A stretch of DNA of 64,000 nt, from NCBI RefSeq assembly GCF_009914755.1, contig NC_060930.1; one strand, given 5' to 3'. The translations under genes were made by a program, and so were the position numbers. Of the stretch, positions 55,326 through 64,000 are shown piece by piece; within the stretch, counting starts at the first letter, position 1, and the number at the start of each line of letters is the position of its first letter. The notes beneath the pieces are model-generated. The model was given only the letters and a program-made list of their open reading frames with translations. It did not search any database and was not told where the DNA came from. The DNA comes from the human T2T-CHM13v2.0 reference genome, Homo sapiens.

Positions 55326-57639
55326 TTTTTGTTATTATTTTTAATTGACACATAATTGTACATATTCATAAGGTAGAGTGTGACATTTCAATACATGCAT
55401 ATAATGTGTAATAATCATATCAAGGTACTTAGCATATCCATTATCTCAAACATTTATCATTTCTTTGTGTTGAGAACATTTAAAATCCTCTCTTCTAGCT
55501 ATTGGAACATGTACAAAAAATTATTGGTAACTATAGTCACTGCGCAGTACTATAGAATACTAGAGCTTATTCCTCCGATCTCGGTGTAATTTTGTATCCA
55601 TTAACCAGCCTCTCTCTATACCCCACCCCCTTCTCCCCTTTCCAATTTCTAATAACCACTATTCTCTCTACTTTCATGCGATCACCTTTTTCAGCTCCCA
55701 CATGTGAGTGAGAACATACGGCAGTTAACTTTGTGCCTGTCTTATTTCACTTAACATAATGTCCTCGAGGCTTATCCACGTTGCTGTGAATGACAGGATT
55801 TCATTCTTTGTGTGGCTGAATAGTATTCCCTTGTGTATGTAAACCACATTTTCTTTATCCATTCATTTGTTGATGGGCACTTAGGTTGGTTCCATAACAT
55901 GGTGATTATGAATAGTGTTGCAATAAATATGGGGGTGCAGATGTCTTTCCACATACTGATTTTCTTTCCTTTGGGTATATACCCAGTAGTAGGATTGCTG
56001 GATCACATGGTAGTTCTGTTTTTAGTCTTTTGAGGAAACTCCATACTGTTTTTCATAATGGCTAGACTAATTCACATTCCCACCAACAGTACATAAGAAT
56101 TCCCCTTTTGCTGCATCCTTACCAACATTTGTTATTTTTGTCTTTTTGATAATAGCCATTCTAAGGCAAGGTGATATCTCACTGTGGTTTTGATTTTTAT
56201 TTCCCTGATAGTGATGTTGAACTTTTTTTATATACCTGTTGATCATTCATATGTCTTCTTTTGATAAATGTCTATTCAAATCTTTTGCCCATTTTTAAAT
56301 ATTTTTCGCTGTTGTTGAGTTCCTTATATATTCTAGATATTAATCCCTTATCAAATGAATAGTTTGTACATATTTTCCCCCATTCCGCAGGTGGTCTTTT
56401 CACTTGGTTGATTGTTTCCTTTGCTATGCAGAAGGTTTTTAGCTTGATATAAACCCATTTATCTATTTTTGCTTTCGTTGCCTGTGTTTTTGAGGACTTA
56501 TTCAAAAAATCTTTGCTCAGGCCAATGTTTTGAAGTGTTTCCCCTTTGCTTTCTTCTAGTAGTTTCACAATTTTGGATTTTACATTTAAGCCTTCAATCA
56601 ATTTTAAGTTGATTTTTCTATATGTTGAGAGACAAGGGTCTAGTTTTATTCTTCTGCATATGAACATCCAGTTTCCCCAGCACCATTTACCGAAGAGACT
56701 GTTCTTTCACAATGCATGTTCTTAATGCCTTTGTCAAAAATCAGTTTGCTGTAAATACATGGATTTATTTCTGGGTTTTCTATTTTGTTTCATTGGTTTA
56801 TATGTCTGTTTTTTATGCTAGTGCTATGCTGTTCTGGTTATTATGGCTTTGTGGTATATTTTGAAGTCTGGTAGTGTGATGCCTCCAGCTTTGTTCTTTT
56901 TTGCTCAGGATTGATTGGCTTTTTTTTGTTCTTTTGTGGTTTCATGCAAATTTTGGGATTTTTTTTCTATTTCTGTGAGAATGTTATTGGAATTTTGATA
57001 GGAATTGCATGGAATGTGTAGATCACTTTGGGTAATTTGTATTTTAACAATACAAATTATTCCAGTCAATGAACATGGAATTTCTTTCCTTTGTTTGTTT
57101 TCTCCTATGAACAGCCTAAAATGGAAAAAGTCAGCTCTAGTGTTACATAACAGACTCTCTTGTTATCACAATCACCAACCAACCCAAGTTTCTACCCAGT
57201 CAAATTTCTTAATTATTGGCTTATATAAAATACATACAGACAAATTTTCACAATGAACTAAAAAAGGTAAAATTAAATTATTGGACTAGGTAAATATCTC
57301 TTATGATACAAAATAACTCAACATTAAATCACTTTTTAGAGACAAACATGGCAACTGATGCACCTATTAATTTGTGAGGAAAAAATAGTATTAAACTGTG
57401 ATGACACTGAAAATGGAAACTTAAGTTCTGTCTTCCAAGTTCTAGCCTTGGTCTGCTTCTCCTTTTCGTCATTTTGATTTTACTGGTCATTTCTTCAAAT
57501 GTGTGGCTACTACTATTGCTATATGAAAACAGTTCATATTTCCATCATTAATTTCTACACTAAACTCCAGTGCCGTATCGCCAGTTGTTGACTGGATATT
57601 GCCAGCTGATGTTCTACTATCTACAAATAATCCAATTTA

Positions 57640-57855
57640 AATTTTACTGAGCCCAACAGTTCTAAGCACTTTAACTTTGTGTATTAACTCGTTCCATCTT
57701 AAACAAAACTCTGAGGATGGCACTATTATTATCTTCATCTTATATATGAAAGTTAAATAAGTAGCCCAAACTCACACATTTAGTCAGAAAGGGAACCAAC
57801 GCTTGAGCCTAGGCATTTTTGCCCAGAACTGGTTCACTTAATCTTTACTGCACTG
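57640..57855 (-). mobile_element. MIR nested in an L2 fragment (L2 ~57430-58005, plus strand)
   Basis: GTTCTAAGCACTTTA..CACTATTATTATCTTCATCTTA..GTTAAATAAGTAGCCCAAACTCACAC; flanking AAACTCCAG..GACTGGATATT and AAAATTCATCATC are L2-like. Confidence 0.65.
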
Positions 57856-59045
57856 CAATAATACCTCAGTTCTGTACTTAAAATCAATAGATACAAAACA
57901 AAATTCATCATCATCTCTCTCTTAGATCTCACTGTCCTACTTCTAGTGGAATGCAACTTAAATTTCAGTCACCTGGCCCCCAAACTCAAGTCATCTCCTA
58001 TGCCTCCCACAGGCAATCCATCCCTGGGGTAGCTTATCCTGTCTTTGTGCCAAAATTTCACTGGGCACAGGCCATATGGATCAGGCCCAAGGAAAGCCTG
58101 CCTCCCAAATGCAGGGTGTGTGTCAGTGCACTTTCCCCAGGTGCCCTCTCAGAAGCTGGCATTCTACTCTGGCCATTTGCTCTCAGAAAGCAACTTTCAC
58201 AGCCTTACCCCACCCTGCCCTGCCCTAGGCCCACCTTGCCTTCCAGCAGCTTCGAATCTCCACACATTCCTTTCCACAACCCCCCATACACCTCACCCTT
58301 GTCTTCCCTTTATTGTGTCCTGAACTAGGGGTCACAGGCTTTACAACCTCCTCTCATCTTTCCATTTTGTGTGTGTCCTCTCCTATTTCTTTCTTCAGTG
58401 TTTTATAGTTTTTATTGTATAGATCTTTTACTTCCTTGGTGAAATTTATTCCCAGCTATTTTTTGTAGCTATTGTAAATGGGATTGCCTTCTTGATTTCT
58501 TTCTCAGCTAGTTCATTATTGGTGTATAGAAAAAGTACACCAATAACACTGTACTATTTTTGTATGTTGATTGTGTATCCTATAAATTTACTGAATTTAT
58601 TTATGGGATTTAAGAGTTTTTTAAGGGAATCTTTAGGTTTTTGTAGTTATAAGATCATATTATCAGCAAAGAGGGATAATTTGACTTTCTCTTTTCTACT
58701 TTAGATGCCTTTTATTTCTTATTCTTGCCTGGTTGCTTAGGCTAGGGCTTCCATTACTATGCTGAATAGGAGTGGTAAATGTGGGCATTCTTGTCTTGTT
58801 CCAGTTTTTAAAGGAAAGGCTTTCAGCTTTTCCCCATACAGTATGATGCTGCCTGTGGGTCTGTCACATAAAGGCCATATTTGGACTTTATTATTTTGAT
58901 GTATGTTCCTTCTGTGTCTAGTTTGTTAAGAGTTTTTATCATGAAGAGACGTTGAATTTTATCAAAGCTTTTCATGTGTCTATTGAGATGATTACATGGT
59001 TTTTGTCCTTCATTCTGTTGATGTGATATAGCATATTTATTGTGG

Positions 59046-59399
<354 letters not shown>

Positions 59400-62300
59400 T
59401 GAACATGACATCAATATTTTGATGTGCTGCTGGATTTATTTTGTTAGCATTTTGTTGAGAATTTTTGCATCTGTGTTCATCAGGGACATCAATCTCTAGT
59501 TTTGTTGTTTGTTGTGTCTTTATCTGGTTTTGGTATCAGGGTAATGCTGGCCTCATAGAATGAGTTATGGAACATTCCTCCTTCTTCAATTTTTTGGAAT
59601 AGTTTGAGGAGAATTGGTGTTAGTGCTTGTTTGTAACCCTGGTAGAATTTGGCAGTGAAATAATCTGGACTCTTTTTCTTGGGATACTTTTTAGTAATAA
59701 TTCAATCTCATTACTCATTATTTGTGTGTTCAAGTTTTCTATTTCTATTTCTTCTTGATTCAATCTTGGTAGGCTGTAGGTATTCAAGAATTTATCCACT
59801 TCCTCTAGGATTTCCAATGCATTAGTGTATAGTTCTTCTTAATAGTCTGATTATCTTTCATATGTCTGTGGTATCAGCTGTAATGTCTTTTTCATTTCTG
59901 ATTTTATTTATTTTGGTCTATTTTCTTTTTTCTTGGTTAATCCAGCAAGTGATTTATTGATTTTGTTAATCTTTGCTAAAAATCAACTATTTCTTTTGTT
60001 GATTGTTTATAGTTTTTCAGTCTTTATGTCATTTAGTTCTGCTCTGATCTTTATTATTTTTTTATTTCTACTAATTTTGGATTTGGTTTGTTCTTGCCTT
60101 TCTAGTTCCCTGAGGTGCATTGTTAGATTGTTTATTTGAAATCTTTTCATATTTTTGATGTAGGCGTTTACTGCTATAAACTTCCCTCTTAGTGCTCTTT
60201 TGGCTGTATTGCTTAGGTTTTGGTATGTGGTGCTTCAGTTTTCTCATTTCAATAAATTTTTTTATTTCCTGCTTAATTTCTTCTTGGCCCAGTGTTCATT
60301 CATTCAGAAGCTTGTTGCTTAATTTTTATGCATTTGTACACTTTTCAGTGTTCCTCTTGTTATTGATTTCTAGTTTTATTCTATTGTGGTCTGAGAAGAT
60401 ACTTGATAGGATTTTCATTTTTAAAATATTTATTGAGATTTGTTTTGTGTTGTAACACGTGATCTATTCTGGAGAATGTTTCATGTGCTGATTAGAAGAA
60501 TGCCTACTTTGTAGCTACTGGACAATGTGTTCCGTAAGTGTCTGTTAGGTCCATTTGGTGTAATGCGCAGTTTAAATTCAGTGTTTCTTCGTTGATTTTC
60601 TGCCTGGATGATCTGTATAATACTGAGAGTGGGTTGTTAAAGTCTCCAATTATTATTGTATTGGAGTCGATCTCTCTCTTTAGATCTAATAATATTTGCC
60701 TCATATATCTGGGTGCTCTGGTGTTGGGTGCATATATGTTCAACTCTTGTTGAATTGATCCCTTTATCATTATATAATAACTGTCTCTTTTTACTGTTTT
60801 TGACTTAAAGTCTGCTTTATCTGATATAAGTATAGATACTCCTGCTAACTTTCGGTTTCTATTTGCATGGAATATATTTTTCCATCTCTTTACTTTCAGT
60901 CTATATGTGTCTTTGCAGGTGAGATGAATATCTTGTAGGCAGCATATAGTTTAAAATCCACTCAACCAGTCTATATCTTTTAAGTGAAAAAGTTTAATCC
61001 AGTTATATTCAAGGTATTACTGATATGTGAGGGGCTATCCTTCTATTATTTGATTTTGGGTTTGTATTGTTCATTTCTTACTCTCTGATTGTTCATTATT
61101 GTGGCTTGGTGGCTTTTTGTAGTGGTAATATTTGAGTCTATTCCTTGTTTCTGTGTTTGCTCCACCAGTGGTTTTTATATTTTCATGCATTTTCATGATG
61201 ATAGATACCATTAGGGCCAGTCTCGTAATGATAAATTGCTTCAGCTTTTGCTTGTTTGGGAAAGACTTTATTTCTTCTTCATTTTACTGTGTATGGTATC
61301 CTCGGCTGACAGTTTTTCCTTTTAACACTTTAAATATATCATCCCATTCTCTCTTGTCCTGGTGAGTTTTCTGCTGAGAAATTTACTGTTAGCCTGTTGG
61401 AGGTTTCTTTACAAGTGACTAGACTTTCTTTTTTTCTTGCTGTTTTTATAATTCTTTTTGTCTTTTATTTTTAACAGTTTTACTGTAATGTGCCATAGAA
61501 AAGATCTTTTTGAATTGTATCTATCTGGGGATCTCTGAGCCTCCTGTATGTGAATGTATAAATATCTTGCTAGACTTGGGGAAGTTTTCATCTATTATTT
61601 CATTAAATAGGTTTTCCAACTCTTTTGTTTTCTCTTTACCTTCTGAGACACAGAGAATTTGAAAATTGGGTCACTTTATGGTACCCCTTATGTCACATAG
61701 GCTTTGCTCATTGTTCTTTATTCTTTAAAATTTTTTTGTCTGAACGGTTTATTTCAAAAGACCCGTCTTCAAGTTCTGAGATTCTTTCTTCACTTGGTCT
61801 AATCTGTTGTTACAGCTATTGAATGTATTTTGTACTTCATTCAATGAATGCTTCAGGTCCAGAATTCCTATTTGTTTGTTTGTTTGTTAATGATATTTAT
61901 CTCTTAGATAAATTTCTCATTCATACCCTGAATTGTTTTTCTGATTTCTTTGTACTTTTTTTTGGAATTCTCTTGTATCTCACCAAGCTTCTTTAATATG
62001 ATTATTTTGAAATTTTTCTGGGATTTTATAAATTTCTTTTTGATAGAAATCTGTTACTGGAGAATTATTTTGTTTCTTTGGAGGTATCATATTTTCTTGC
62101 TTTTTCATGTTTCCTGTGTTCTGATGTTGATATCTGCATGACTGGTGTAACAGTTGTTTCTAATTTTTTGAATTTGCTTTCACAGGGGAGGACTTTTCCC
62201 TGAAGATGTGTCTATGGTGTGGCTGGGTAAGGCACTTTGGCTTTTATTCTGGTTGCCTGTAGTATTGTAGTCTCTGCACAATTTATTCAGCCATAAACTG

Positions 62301-63109
62301 CATTAGTGATGTCTATGATTTTCTTGGTGGTTTGGGGTGTGGTTGTTAGTGGAGGCCTGTGATAATATTTTGCTAGTGACTGGAATGCCAGGTGGCCCAG
62401 TCTTTGGGATTTAGTGGTGGCAGCAGCAGGCTGAGAATGTCTGTCCTTGGGCCCCAGGGTCCCATGTGCTGGCACCAGTGTTAGCTGGTCTAGATAGGTC
62501 AATTTTTGGGCCTCCAAGTGGCTGACTTGGGTACTGGGAATGGCAGTGGTGGGCTGGGAAAATGGGCAGGTTCTCAGGTCCCTGGTCAGAGCTCTGGCAT
62601 GACTAATGGCAGTAGCATTGGTTGAACAACTCTCCAGGACCTAAGCAGTTTTCACTGGTGGTGGTGGTGGCTGTGTTAGTCTTAGGGCCAATGTGATCAA
62701 GAGGCTCTCCCGTGGCTAGAATCTCAGGAGTCTATGGTGGAAATGTGGACCACTGGGAGTCACCCACTTACCTTTCCCTTACATTAGGGAGCTTTTCCAA
62801 GCTCCCAGCTGCTCCAGGCTGTGGAGACTGCCTTACATCTCTCTCCTTCCCTGATTTTGGTGTTTCCTGTCACTTCCCTGTTGAATTACATGCTTTCTCT
62901 TAGTTGATCTATTTGAAATGTGATTATCTACTGACTATTTTGGTTCTTCTTTGTGAAAGAGGTGAGGACTAGATGCCTCTAGTCAGCCACCTTAAAGCCC
63001 CTCCTTCATTATATTTCTTTTTTTGTTGTTATTTTTCTTAATTTATATCCATTTCCATATATTAAATAATGATAGAATCCTCCAAAAGATCCAATCCATC
63101 GTATTTATG

Positions 63110-63900
63110 GTAATGGCTCTTAAATCCATCATCATCCTTTACCTCTCTACCTAGATGGCCTCTCTACCTTGATGGCTTTAAGGCCCCGGAAATTCAGTGT
63201 ATCCTACACTCATTATTTTTATCCTATTACCCATCTTTCTGCATTCTGAGTATCTGACTTAATGACTCTGCCTTCTACCCAGTTGTCCAACCTATGATTA
63301 AAAATATCACAGATATCTTTGACCACTGCTGCTTCTTTATTCACCACTATCAGTAGCAACATCATGTCAATTCCACCTCAAAAATATGTCTCATTCTCCT
63401 CCCCTTATCTGATTATTTGTTACCCTGTACCAATGCTCATTACTCATTGTCCCAGCTCTCATATAAACTTCCAAACTGGTCTGTATCTATGATCCCCCTA
63501 CTTAACACAATCCCTATACTACCGTCAAACTTCATTACAAAAAAAAAAAAAAAAAAAAGCAGATGTAGAAGTTTCACGTGGGGAAGATGAGTAAGTTCTG
63601 GAGATAGATGGTGGTGATGGTTGCAGAACAATGTGAATTTATTTAATGCCACTTAAAAGGGGTTGAAATGATAAGTTTTACATTATGTATACTTTAACCA
63701 CAGTCAAATATAAATATATGGTCATGTCATTCCTAGGCTTATAATACTCTTTCATAATTACCATTGGTTTCTCACCGGCTACTACAGAAAAAAGTTCAAA
63801 CGTCTTTGCAACCTGACCCTAACCATCCTCTCCAGGCCATCCTAGCCATTACATTCCATATCTTAAACACACTCTCTAGTCCTCAAAGATTCATCAGTTA
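63110..63900 (+). mobile_element. L2 fragments with an embedded L1M 3' fragment (63560-63705)
   Basis: CTACCCAGTTGTCCAA..TTCCACCTCAAAAATATGTCTC; GTTCTGGAGATAGATGGTGGTGATGGTTGCA. Confidence 0.55.
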
Positions 63901-64000
63901 TACATACTTTTCCCAACAATTTATTCTGTCTGTAAAGTTTTTTCTTTATTGAGATAATTTATATACAGTAAAATTTACCTCCATTTAAGTAGGTATTTAA

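Noticed and set aside
63141-63176. Short tandem duplication CCTCTCTACCT(A/T)GATGG x2 (also GGAAGCT repeats at ~28368-28395)
   Set aside because: Ordinary slippage duplications.

Overview
Primate (most likely human) non-coding genomic DNA, intergenic or deep intronic. I could not support any protein-coding gene, RNA gene or CRISPR array; the ORF track is explained by repeats or chance. A large fraction is interspersed repeat: about 15 Alu/FLAM copies, L1s (including a near-full-length L1MA-type element at ~55.3-63.0 kb), L2/MIR/L3 relics, MaLR and ERV1 solo LTRs, and hAT DNA transposons, many with intact target-site duplications (TSDs). Repeat-poor tracts at ~17-22, 31-36 and 46-51 kb carry clustered developmental transcription-factor motifs, and there is a CpG-enriched promoter-like segment at 33.5-34.35 kb that appears oriented to the minus strand. 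The least expected structures are fold-back duplications built from ancient repeats: a ~270-bp hairpin from a MIR-like core (23943-24211, with a 29-bp perfect stem), a ~200-bp-arm inverted repeat from an L3/CR1 relic (51807-52709), a fold-back inside MER1A, and a ~100-bp duplication bracketed by a perfect 16-bp inverted repeat. There is also 1.25 kb of MIR/L2-containing DNA embedded inside a younger L1. Repeat family calls are from recalled consensus sequences, and boundaries are approximate unless a TSD is quoted.
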